Virus record (IMG/VR): IMGVR_UViG_3300025016_000004
Length of the DNA stretch: 64,000 nt
Source: a virus
Lineage: Duplodnaviria; Caudoviricetes
Strand: one strand, 5' to 3'
Positions 33,958 to 43,277 of this stretch are shown here, piece after piece; within the stretch, counting starts at the first letter, position 1, and each line of letters begins with the position of its first letter. A program made the translations under genes and the position numbers. The notes below the pieces were generated by a model. The model saw only the letters and a program-made list of their open reading frames with translations. It was not told where the DNA came from and did no database searches.

Positions 33958-36858
33958 TTAATGTTTTATTTTATCCATCAATTGGTTTATATTCATTTTT
34001 TCAATTAAATTAGTTCTTTTATTCCTTACAACTATCTCAGTATCAGCGGTAAAACATTTACCTACACCAGTTGGGCCTAAGAAGATAAATGAACCAATTG
34101 GTTTTTGACCACTTCTAATACCTAACCTACTACGTCTAATTGCTTTAGAAATCTTTTTAACGGCTTCATCTTGCCCTATAATATCTTTTTTTAAATCATC
34201 TTCAAGGGTTTTAAGGCTATTACTTTCAGTGGTTGTTAATTTAGTCAATGGTATTCCAGTCATAGTTGAAATTACTGTTTCTACCATATCTGAAGTGATA
34301 ATTGTACGTTTTTTTTCGTTTTTTGCTTCCCAATTATACATCAATTCATCAACTTTAATCTCATATTCCTTACGTCTATCTCTTAACATTGCGGCATCCT
34401 CAAAATCTTGTTTATTGATGATTTCTTTCATCTTTTCTTTGAGTTTCTGGATTTCAAGTTTTAATTCCTTAATTTCAATTGGAAGTTTGATATCAATATT
34501 GGTTGATGCACCAACTTCATCTAATATATCAATAGCTTTATCAGGCATTGCTCTATCAGAAATATACCTATCGGCCAATTTAACCATTAATTCAATAATT
34601 TCATTATCATAACTAACATTGTGATAAGTTTCGTAATTTTCTTTTATGTTTTTTAGAATCGTAACAGTTTCAAGTAAACTAGGTTCGTTAATTAATACTT
34701 GTTGAAATCTTCTGGTTAATGCACCATCCGTTTCAATATTTTCTCTAAATTCATCTAATGTTGTGGCACCAATTACTTGGATTTCACCTCTAGCCAACGC
34801 TGGTTTGAATATATTTGATGCGTCTAATGAACCTGATGCGTTACCCGCACCTACAAGTGTATGTAATTCATCAATGAAAAGGATGATATCAGGATTATCT
34901 TTTAATTCAGTTAGAATAACTTTCATTCTTTCTTCGAATTGGCCTCGATATTTAGTTCCAGCAACGATTGAAGCTAGGTCTAGTGCGTAAATCTTTTTAC
35001 CTAATAAGGGTTTTGGCGCATCACCTGAGTTTATCAATAGGGCTAACCCTTCAACTATTGATGTGTTATGTGTTACAATATAATTATCTGTAATATATAA
35101 ATGATAATCATCTTCAACCATTATACATTTAGACTCCTTTCGTCCAATTAACTCTATTTTAACAATATTATTCTTAAGTGTTTTAGAATATTGATAATTA
35201 CTTGATACCTTTTCTTTTTTTCTCTTTAATAAAAATAAATTTTTTGGTGAATGGTATCTAATAGTTAAAATATATGACACTTGACCTAATTTTTTAACAC
35301 CTTTATATGTATAAGAAGTTTGTTTATCGCTTATTTTTGCTATACCACCAATAGACCAAATTAATTCTTGTATGTCTTTAATTAATTGGTAACTAGCACT
35401 TGAATATTGTAATGTACCACTATTGGTTACAGTCCCATAAGAATCCATTAAACCTTGTATGAGAGATATTTTTTGGGATAATGAACCGTTTTTATATTTT
35501 TCTGGGATAAATTTATTATTGGCTTTAGTTTCAGTTAAGTTCAATAAATCAGTCTCCCCCAATAATGGGTGTATTCTATCATTTTTATAATATCTAGTTC
35601 TATCTTCAATTAATTTATCTTCGGATAAATTAATTCTAAACGTATTTGTTTTTATCCCATCACCATTTATATTTAATTTATAATCTGACCCAATTAATTC
35701 CTCAACAGTTTCAGGTATTTCAATATCATCAGTGGTAAGTGAAAGTTCGTATTTACCAAAATGACCATCACCTAATAATAACCCCATTAAATAAGGGTCA
35801 ATAATATAATCTAAATCTTTACCCCTATTTATATTTTCAGACACCAAAGGTAATTTTAACCTATAATTAGTATTTTCAATTTTATTTTTAATATCAACTG
35901 TATTAAGAATAGACCAAGATTTTTTTCTTTCTTTACCTACTGGCATACCATAAACTTTCCATAAATGCTCACCACAAGCTTCAGTGCTTCTGCCATCTTT
36001 AAATGTCATTCTATAAATATCCTTTACGCCTTGTGGGTAAACCCCAATTATTTTAGTAGTTTTACCTTCTGGAGTTAACACAAAATCACCGACACTTATT
36101 TCACCCATAGTTGTCCAACCATTAGGTGTTAATATTTTAGCGTCAAGTGGTTGGGCTTTACCAACGCCAGGTTCGCCAATCAATACAGGGTTGTTCTTTT
36201 TACGTCTTGCTAAGATTGCTGTAACCCTTTTAATTTCATTTTCACGCCCAACTACAGGGTCTATTTTATTTTCAGTTGCATTTTTTGATATATCTATACA
36301 GAATCCATCCAATGCTGGCGTTTTAGACGAAGCTTCAATTGTTGGTCCTCTTCGTTTTTTAGGGTTTAAAGGAGAATTTTCAAAATCCTCATGTGGAATA
36401 TTTGCTTCATTGGTAGGTTCATTCATATCTGACATAAGTTTCGTTTTAAATATTTTATAATTTAGGTTAAGTTTTATTAACATTTTTTGTGCCATACATT
36501 TGGTTCTTAATAACGCTAACATAATATGTGCCTCATTAAGTACAGAATCTTTCATCCTATCACGTTCTCTTTGCATTTCTTCAACTATAAATTTAGTTTC
36601 AGGGCTAGGCAATATTTCATTACTTGATGAGTATGCTCGATTATTATTTATAATACTATTGGTTAAGTGGGTGCTTAACTCTTCGAACAATCCATCAACA
36701 TCAAAATGTAATTTACGAAGAACGGAAACAACCACATTATGGTCATGCAGAATGATAGACATAAGGATATGTTCGGGCCTAAATTTATTATCTTCATAAT
36801 CTTTAGCCTGATATATCGCTTGTTGCATCAACTCCTTGGCTGTTTTGGTCATCTCCAT
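33958..36858 (-). CDS. clpC: ClpC N-terminal half (N-domain, AAA1 with intein, UVR coil, AAA2 Walker A) ending in split-intein N-fragment
   Basis: [74 protein letters not shown]|CFTADT; promoter at 36883. Confidence 0.92.
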   Translation of the reverse strand: MEMTKTAKELMQQAIYQAKDYEDNKFRPEHILMSIILHDHNVVVSVLRKLHFDVDGLFEELSTHLTNSIINNNRAYSSSNEILPSPETKFIVEEMQRERDRMKDSVLNEAHIMLALLRTKCMAQKMLIKLNLNYKIFKTKLMSDMNEPTNEANIPHEDFENSPLNPKKRRGPTIEASSKTPALDGFCIDISKNATENKIDPVVGRENEIKRVTAILARRKKNNPVLIGEPGVGKAQPLDAKILTPNGWTTMGEISVGDFVLTPEGKTTKIIGVYPQGVKDIYRMTFKDGRSTEACGEHLWKVYGMPVGKERKKSWSILNTVDIKNKIENTNYRLKLPLVSENINRGKDLDYIIDPYLMGLLLGDGHFGKYELSLTTDDIEIPETVEELIGSDYKLNINGDGIKTNTFRINLSEDKLIEDRTRYYKNDRIHPLLGETDLLNLTETKANNKFIPEKYKNGSLSQKISLIQGLMDSYGTVTNSGTLQYSSASYQLIKDIQELIWSIGGIAKISDKQTSYTYKGVKKLGQVSYILTIRYHSPKNLFLLKRKKEKVSSNYQYSKTLKNNIVKIELIGRKESKCIMVEDDYHLYITDNYIVTHNTSIVEGLALLINSGDAPKPLLGKKIYALDLASIVAGTKYRGQFEERMKVILTELKDNPDIILFIDELHTLVGAGNASGSLDASNIFKPALARGEIQVIGATTLDEFRENIETDGALTRRFQQVLINEPSLLETVTILKNIKENYETYHNVSYDNEIIELMVKLADRYISDRAMPDKAIDILDEVGASTNIDIKLPIEIKELKLEIQKLKEKMKEIINKQDFEDAAMLRDRRKEYEIKVDELMYNWEAKNEKKRTIITSDMVETVISTMTGIPLTKLTTTESNSLKTLEDDLKKDIIGQDEAVKKISKAIRRSRLGIRSGQKPIGSFIFLGPTGVGKCFTADTEIVVRNKRTNLIEKMNINQLMDKIKH
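33961..34056 (-). mobile_element. split intein N-fragment (32 aa)
   Basis: [32 protein letters not shown] directly after Walker A Lys. Confidence 0.88.
35065..36156 (-). mobile_element. class 3-type intein (364 aa, Ala1) with degenerate LAGLIDADG
   Basis: Starts AQPLDAK; Trp in block B (EHLW), Cys in block F (KCIMV), Thr in block G (VTHN); second motif GLMDSYG. Confidence 0.9.
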
Positions 36859-36970
36859 AGAATAATTAGTTTAATTTTTATACAAAGATACTAAAAAATT
36901 TTCAATAAACAAGTTGTTTTTTTATATTTTTTGTAGTATAATTGCGTAATAAAGTAAAACACAATTAATT

Positions 36971-37399
36971 ATGTTATTAAAAAGAATTGTAAATGGTGAT
37001 ATTGTAAAAGGAATTTACAAGTCATCGAACATTTTGGTTTCAGAATATAACCAAGCAAACAATGATTTAATCGTAGTCTTTAAATACGGTGGTAAGTATA
37101 AATACAACAATGTACCTAAAACTGATTTCACCAGATTTGAAATGGCTGATAGTCAAGGTGAAGTCTTAAATTCACATATCAAAAAATACACATTTGAAAA
37201 TTTAGGTAAAGTTGATACTAAGCTACTTCTTGAAAGTGTTCAAGAGGCTGTGAAAGAAAATCTAAAAGATTATCAAGGTGTTATTATTTCTGCAATGAAA
37301 GGGATGACAACTGATTGGGATGGTTCAATCTTCGATGATGATAAACTTACGAAAGTAAAAGAATTTATTAAACTTTATGATGATAAAAAAGCTGAATAG
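36971..37399 (+). CDS. KTSC-domain protein
   Basis: SSNI...Y......L.V.FK.G..Y.Y..VP...F..ADSQG. Confidence 0.75.
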   Translation: MLLKRIVNGDIVKGIYKSSNILVSEYNQANNDLIVVFKYGGKYKYNNVPKTDFTRFEMADSQGEVLNSHIKKYTFENLGKVDTKLLLESVQEAVKENLKDYQGVIISAMKGMTTDWDGSIFDDDKLTKVKEFIKLYDDKKAE

Positions 37400-37787
37400 T
37401 TGGCATTGCCAATATCTTAAAGACGAATTTATGTACTATCTAACAGAGTCTGACCCTGAAGATGGTATTATTTGTGAACATTTTTTTAATACATTTAGTG
37501 AACTTGAAATGTTTGTTATTAAGAATCGAATTCCAGTGTTTCTACCTGAGAATGTGAATGTTGGTGATATTGAGCATGAACACGAATTCTATCTTGGGCA
37601 ACAAGGTCTTACTGTTTTTGAATTTAAGTCACTTGTGAGTATGTATGAGGGAGACCTTAAAGGGAAAATGTTTAAGGCTCAATATAAAATGACCTTGGAG
37701 TTTATACGGTATGCCTCAGAAGAGGCATTGGGTGCCATGTTAAAGCAAATGTTAACTGATTTAGATAATCATATTAAAAAGAAATAA
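37377..37787 (+). CDS. hypothetical protein
   Basis: 136 aa; start uncertain. Confidence 0.55.
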   Translation: MMIKKLNSWHCQYLKDEFMYYLTESDPEDGIICEHFFNTFSELEMFVIKNRIPVFLPENVNVGDIEHEHEFYLGQQGLTVFEFKSLVSMYEGDLKGKMFKAQYKMTLEFIRYASEEALGAMLKQMLTDLDNHIKKK

Positions 37788-37790
37788 ATT

Positions 37791-38084
37791 ATGGGCAAAA
37801 TACCTGAAATTAATATTATTTTAAAGGAAATGATGGTTAAAGGGGGTGATGTTGTTTTTACAAATAAAAGTTTTTACGATAGGACTAATTTATTTGGTAA
37901 ATTAAAAATGATTTGGCGTTGGTATTGGACTGAAAGTGAAACTAAACCTTGGTTAGCTTATCTTAATACAAGAATTAAAATAAAATGGGAACCAGAATTA
38001 GCTCAAGATTTAAATGTGTTTCATAATCCTGACGCTGAATCTGAATTAATTCAATTATTAGAGAAAGAAATAATAGATGGGTAG
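37791..38084 (+). CDS. small protein carrying a major-capsid-protein-like segment
   Basis: WEPELAQDLNVFHNPDAESELIQLL is identical at 16 of 25 positions to the MCP segment WSPELAQDVSAFHNIDAEAELTAML (56440 on). Confidence 0.75.
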   Translation: MGKIPEINIILKEMMVKGGDVVFTNKSFYDRTNLFGKLKMIWRWYWTESETKPWLAYLNTRIKIKWEPELAQDLNVFHNPDAESELIQLLEKEIIDG

Positions 38085-38443
38085 TTAACTTCATTGATGA
38101 TTATAAGGGTATTCAACCATACGCTGTTAAAACTGTAACCAAATCTAAATTAATTGATGGTTCTTGGTCTAATATTATAATTACTCTTTATGACCTTATT
38201 GGCCCATCAACGACTCAAGCATTAATGGATGGTATTCGTTCTGAATGGCAAATTAATTATAGAGAAATTCCACACATCAAATATAAATTAAATATGCTTG
38301 ACCCAACAGGCGCGGTTGTAGAAGAATGGTTAATTACTGGTAAATTAAAAGAAGTTGATTTTGGAGATTTAGATTATGTTAATACTGAAATTACAGAAAT
38401 TAAACTTTTAATTGAACCTATTAGTGTTATTTTAAATTATTAA
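38045..38443 (+). CDS. T4 gp19 tail-tube-like protein without an upstream ATG
   Basis: Frame open from 38045: NRWVVNF, GIQPYAVK, W..I.ITLYD.IGPSTTQALMD, LDPTGAVVEEW, DFGDLDY; first ATG only at 38225. Confidence 0.6.
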   Translation: MNSIIRERNNRWVVNFIDDYKGIQPYAVKTVTKSKLIDGSWSNIIITLYDLIGPSTTQALMDGIRSEWQINYREIPHIKYKLNMLDPTGAVVEEWLITGKLKEVDFGDLDYVNTEITEIKLLIEPISVILNY

Positions 38444-38544
38444 TAATTTAAAAAAATAATTAAAAAATAATGGCCTGACTTTAAAATTACTATAAAAAGG
38501 GTTTTTTGTAAGTTTTTCTATATTTATATATAAAAAGATTTTGT

Positions 38545-38775
38545 ATGAATATAATGAATAATGTGATACACCCATCAGCTAGTGCTGATTTCACTGGTTA
38601 CACATATACGAAGGTATATGCTGGTGCTATTGCAACTCCAACAATTAATGGTACTTCAGTAGCAATGGCCGCTGGACATACCATTGATATTCTTGTACAA
38701 TCTATTTCTGGTACAGCTAATGTATATGTATTAGGGTATAAAAAAATTATAGCACCTTCGGTGATAAACGGATAA
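38545..38775 (+). CDS. small beta-rich putative virion protein
   Basis: 76 aa, first gene after late-type motif 38520. Confidence 0.6.
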   Translation: MNIMNNVIHPSASADFTGYTYTKVYAGAIATPTINGTSVAMAAGHTIDILVQSISGTANVYVLGYKKIIAPSVING

Positions 38776-38794
38776 AATAAATTAACAGTTAAAA

Positions 38795-39514
38795 ATGGAA
38801 AAGAATAATAATATTAGACCAGTTGGTTTAAAAGGAAATGACCAAGTAAACAGGATGCGTTCATTAATGGGAATGACACCTATTCATGAAAATACAAAAA
38901 CTTCAGTTGTTGAACTAACTAAAATGGGTCCTGATGGTATGGTTTATGGTATCGTTAGAGAAAACCATAAATATTTTATTAAAATAACTAATAAAAAACA
39001 AAATTTAGTTGCTGAAGATTTTATGTACATCGGTGGTTTGAAAAACAAAACCGAAAAAGCATATGATAGCTATTCTCAAGCTACTAAACAATTAAATCTT
39101 AAATTTTTAAGTCTTAATGAAGCTTTGGGTAAAACTGAACAAATCAATGTCTTAAAAAATGATAATTTATTAGCTGAACAATTTGATGCTTATCCTGAAA
39201 GCCCAAAAGGAAGTCAACCAGACAAACCATTAGGAACCGTTAAAGAAATGGGGAAAAATGATGGTCATGAAAAAGAAATTATTGGTGATGAAGGTGAAGA
39301 AGGAAACCCTGATGTTGACACTCCACCTGTTGTAGAAGAAGATGAAGAAATCACTGAAGAAGATGGTGTTGAATTAACTGAATCTGAAAAAGCTATCGAT
39401 AATATTATTCGTGAGTTAAGGGGTGATGTATTAACCGAAAACCAAAAACTTAGTATTTCTACAGCGATTAAAAAAATCCAAGAAGGCGAACAAAGCTCAA
39501 AAAAAAAAGTATAG
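38795..39514 (+). CDS. acidic head-module protein ending SKKKV
   Basis: 239 aa, several LxE motifs; ends in an A10 run. Confidence 0.75.
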   Translation: MEKNNNIRPVGLKGNDQVNRMRSLMGMTPIHENTKTSVVELTKMGPDGMVYGIVRENHKYFIKITNKKQNLVAEDFMYIGGLKNKTEKAYDSYSQATKQLNLKFLSLNEALGKTEQINVLKNDNLLAEQFDAYPESPKGSQPDKPLGTVKEMGKNDGHEKEIIGDEGEEGNPDVDTPPVVEEDEEITEEDGVELTESEKAIDNIIRELRGDVLTENQKLSISTAIKKIQEGEQSSKKKV

Positions 39515-41052
39515 TTGAACTTGATAATATTTCAGGTCAAGAAAATATAGGATACCATGATAGACTAAATAAAGTCTATGGTGATATCCCTAATATTATT
39601 GGTTTACATTTTGGTGAGAAGTCAAAAGAATTAACTGGTAAACTACACACAGCTGTTAATAACAGCGATTTCCAAGGTCAAAATAATGTTAGTTGGAGCG
39701 TAAATTATGAAGATGGTTTAATCCTTCGTGGTTATTACGGTAAAAATGGTCGTACTATTAGTGTATGGGCTAAATACTATTCATTCAGTATGGAAAGTGC
39801 TATTGAAGTTTGTAAATTAATTGGTAAATTAATTGGGATGTGGGGTATGGATGCTTCAGAAATCAATTCTCACGTTTCAGAAATAGTAAAAGCTTTAACA
39901 GGTGAGTATAACACTGACCTAGATGTTATTTTAGAGTCAAAAAAATTAGCTGAAACCAAATTTAAACTTAAATTAGATAACCCATCACCTGAGCCACAAG
40001 CTCCAGATATGGGTACTCCAGCTTCAGGTGATGAATTCGGTGGCGATATTCCAAGTGAAGAACCTATGGATGGTGGTTTTGGTGGTGAAGAAACACCTTC
40101 AAGTGAAAAGCCATTTGATGATGAGCCATTCGATGCTGGCGTTGAGGCTGATGAAGATGCAAGTCCAGAAAAATACATACAACAATTATCAGGTAAATTA
40201 GGTCAAAGCTTAAGAAAATACACTGAAGATATGGGCGCACCTGACTATGATTTAGAAAAATTCGCAATCAATTCTGTATTGTCCGCAACCAACTCTGGTG
40301 AAATGGACCAAGAAGACCAATCAGACATCATACAAAAAGTCAAATCATCAACTACTGATGGGACTGGTAAGAAAAATGACGAGCCAGAAACAGCTGATGA
40401 CGGAACTAATGACGAAGCTAATGGTGATGAAGAAGGTTTAGATTTAAGTGGAATCGACATGGAAGAAAGCCATAATTCAAATGCCAATAAAAAAACTGTA
40501 TTTCAAGACCCTACTTTAGGTGTTAAAGATGATGGAATGGAAGAAAATAAGTATTTAAACTTGGAAAATATTAAAAAAAGTAGTAACATTGTAGATAAAC
40601 AAATAATTAAGAAAATGCTTAAAGAAAGTCTAACTACAATTGAGCCACAGGTTAAGCCACAGGTTAAGCCAAGTGTTGCTCCTACTAGAAGAGCTAAACC
40701 TTATAGAATCATTCCTGAACAATTGCCTGACCCAAAGCCAAAAGCTGAAAAAAAAAAGGGTGATGCGACATTCATAAAAGATTCTGGGTTTTCAGAAGAT
40801 GGAAATTCGGTAACTATTAAATTTGATGTTGAAGGTCAACCAAATAGATTTGTCGCTAATTTTATCAATTCTGGCGAAGTGTTGGAGAAACCTAAAGCTT
40901 ATGATGAACCGTATGTTTACGCATACGAAACAGAGAATATAATGCCTAATGGTAAACAATATTATGTAGAAATAGCTAAATTTGGCCATCAAGAAAATCC
41001 TGATGCCCCAATATTTATTGATGGTGATATTCCTGTAATACACGAAGTTTAA
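39502..41052 (+). CDS. acidic Pro-rich head-module protein; frame open ~96 codons before the first ATG (likely -1 extension of 38795)
   Basis: -1 frame open from the A10 run (SIVELDNISG...) straight into MESAIEV at 39790. Confidence 0.7.
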   Translation, partial: KKSIVELDNISGQENIGYHDRLNKVYGDIPNIIGLHFGEKSKELTGKLHTAVNNSDFQGQNNVSWSVNYEDGLILRGYYGKNGRTISVWAKYYSFSMESAIEVCKLIGKLIGMWGMDASEINSHVSEIVKALTGEYNTDLDVILESKKLAETKFKLKLDNPSPEPQAPDMGTPASGDEFGGDIPSEEPMDGGFGGEETPSSEKPFDDEPFDAGVEADEDASPEKYIQQLSGKLGQSLRKYTEDMGAPDYDLEKFAINSVLSATNSGEMDQEDQSDIIQKVKSSTTDGTGKKNDEPETADDGTNDEANGDEEGLDLSGIDMEESHNSNANKKTVFQDPTLGVKDDGMEENKYLNLENIKKSSNIVDKQIIKKMLKESLTTIEPQVKPQVKPSVAPTRRAKPYRIIPEQLPDPKPKAEKKKGDATFIKDSGFSEDGNSVTIKFDVEGQPNRFVANFINSGEVLEKPKAYDEPYVYAYETENIMPNGKQYYVEIAKFGHQENPDAPIFIDGDIPVIHEV

Positions 41053-41053
41053 G

Positions 41054-41470
41054 ATGAATGAGTTATATTTAATATATGTACATGAGATTGGATTCGACCA
41101 TGAAGATAAATACTTCTATGAATTCATTTTTAGTGACAGTATAGAAAATATTGATGCTGAAGGGTGGGACTCTTATCCAGCATCAGGAAATCCTAGCGCA
41201 CCTACGGGTGACTTGGTTAAAGAAGTTGGTAAAATAGAACTTGATGGAAATTTAATTGTTGCACAAAACAATGAACAATTTTCAATGTGGGATGCTACCG
41301 ATGGAATTATACCTTTAGCTTGGGAAAATATAGATGGTATGGAAGAATACCCAGAAAAAAGATTAGTATTTCCTTTTGGGATATCATTGACAGCCGTTAA
41401 TGATATATTATATGAAAGGGATATCAGAATAACATTTAAAAAAGGATTAAAAAATGTCAAACAAAAGTAA
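41054..41470 (+). CDS. hypothetical protein
   Basis: 138 aa in head operon. Confidence 0.7.
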   Translation: MNELYLIYVHEIGFDHEDKYFYEFIFSDSIENIDAEGWDSYPASGNPSAPTGDLVKEVGKIELDGNLIVAQNNEQFSMWDATDGIIPLAWENIDGMEEYPEKRLVFPFGISLTAVNDILYERDIRITFKKGLKNVKQK

Positions 41471-41954
41471 ATTAAAAGAAAATAGCGGGCTTAATCTTAG
41501 CGTTAGTAAGGCAGATTATAAAGATAACGAGCAAACATTAGATAACGCTGTTGGTACTGATGGTTCAATAACTATTTCAAATAAACCTAAAGGGGTTGGG
41601 ATGACAACAGAATCTGATGTAAATGAGTCAATGAATGGTAATTCAGAACAACAAGCTTTTTTTGCTGGGTTAATTGAAGGTAATAGTTCACATGAAGGTA
41701 CTTTTGTTGGTGAGATGAGTAAAAATAGATTAGCTTTAATGGCTTGGGAGCGTTACAAATCGAATCAACTACCAGAAATTCCAGATGAAGAAAGGTTTGA
41801 AAGAGGTAATGAATATGGAATTAGAGGTGAGAGTTTTGATAAATTAATGGAAGATTTAAAAAAATCTAGTGCACCAAAAATTAAAATCAATGAAACTATC
41901 AACCCAAGAATTAAGAAATCAGATTTAATAAATTATATTAAAAACAAAAAATAA
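41454..41954 (+). CDS. hypothetical protein (IKKSDLINYI motif)
   Basis: 166 aa in head operon. Confidence 0.7.
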   Translation: MSNKSKLKENSGLNLSVSKADYKDNEQTLDNAVGTDGSITISNKPKGVGMTTESDVNESMNGNSEQQAFFAGLIEGNSSHEGTFVGEMSKNRLALMAWERYKSNQLPEIPDEERFERGNEYGIRGESFDKLMEDLKKSSAPKIKINETINPRIKKSDLINYIKNKK

Positions 41955-43180
41955 TGTCAAATAAATATAGAGCACTTGCTATTAAATCTTTAAGTAAACC
42001 TAAAAAGAAAGGTAAGTTATTCGAAAGTAGAATGTCATACGATGACGCTCACAAAGAACGAATGGCACCAGCTTTAGAAAGACAACTTAGAGAAAAAACA
42101 CATTCATTAGGTAAGCACCCAGCTTTTCCTGATGATGATGAAAGTAACTTTGAAGAAAAGTTAATGTCTAAACGTTTTAAAGATGTTTTAAAGGCATTTA
42201 AAAGGCATCACGGTGTTGAAGAAATTAATGTTGATGAATTCTTAAGTGGGCAAGCTGATTTAATGAGACAAATTATTAAATTAGAACATAAACATGAAGA
42301 TGAGTTAATTGAAATGGCTATCAATATGGTTAGAGAAGAATTTGATGTAACTGAAGAAGATGTTATCATAGAAGCTAAATTTACTACTGATATGTCTTTA
42401 AATAAAGATATAAACAAATTAAAAATCAACCCAACAACAAATATTGAATTTGATAATCACGATGAGTTCGTTCAAGCTAATAAAGAAGTATATAAACGTA
42501 GAATGGTTAATGCTTTGATACAAGGTTCAGCTAAGAAAACAAACCATATGTTCCATATGATTGATGCAGAATTACAAGAATTAGAACCAATGTTACCTAA
42601 CTTGTACGCTAAATTAATGAGTGCCGCTGATTATATGTATATGGTTCAAGATGACCATAAACCTAGAATGATTGGTGGGATTGTAAACGTTGAATTTCCT
42701 AAGAGTGAGGGTGATATACCTAAAATCATTGTAGAGGCTATGACGTTGCCTGTATTGATTCATGAGATAGTTAAAGGTGTTATGGAGATACTTTCATATC
42801 ATGGTTTACCAAAAGACCCTAAAATCGCTCAATTTGTAATTGATAAAGCTGATTTTATGGCCGCTGAAAGTTGGGATATGAGATTAGGCCCACCAATTTG
42901 GGAAGCGTTTGCAGAATCAATTCCAGCGGAAGATTTTGGGTTAAAACATCATGTATATGTTGAATTGGTATCATTACCAGTTGATGAATTTAATAAAGCG
43001 TTGAAAGAAATTCTTATGGGTACTAGAGCTGGTAAAGCTAAGGTCGAAGAGATGTTGGAAAACGTTAAAGATGAATTAAAAAATGATGAATTTGATAATG
43101 CTATGGCTATGTTAAGTGATGATGATTACTTTGGGTCTGAAGATTTAGATAACTTAAATGACGAAGATTGGTTCATGTAA
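41954..43180 (+). CDS. hypothetical protein upstream of terminase
   Basis: 408 aa, followed by terminator at 43201-43229. Confidence 0.8.
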   Translation: MSNKYRALAIKSLSKPKKKGKLFESRMSYDDAHKERMAPALERQLREKTHSLGKHPAFPDDDESNFEEKLMSKRFKDVLKAFKRHHGVEEINVDEFLSGQADLMRQIIKLEHKHEDELIEMAINMVREEFDVTEEDVIIEAKFTTDMSLNKDINKLKINPTTNIEFDNHDEFVQANKEVYKRRMVNALIQGSAKKTNHMFHMIDAELQELEPMLPNLYAKLMSAADYMYMVQDDHKPRMIGGIVNVEFPKSEGDIPKIIVEAMTLPVLIHEIVKGVMEILSYHGLPKDPKIAQFVIDKADFMAAESWDMRLGPPIWEAFAESIPAEDFGLKHHVYVELVSLPVDEFNKALKEILMGTRAGKAKVEEMLENVKDELKNDEFDNAMAMLSDDDYFGSEDLDNLNDEDWFM

Positions 43181-43200
43181 CCATAATATATTTAGTTTAC

Positions 43201-43229
43201 GAGGGCACCTTTAAAGTGCCCTTTTTTTG
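43201..43229 (+). terminator. intrinsic terminator
   Basis: AGGGCAC/GTGCCCT stem plus T-run. Confidence 0.75.
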
Positions 43230-43277
43230 TTTTTAGGCATTTATAGCCACTTTTAGTATATTTATATATAAAAAAGT

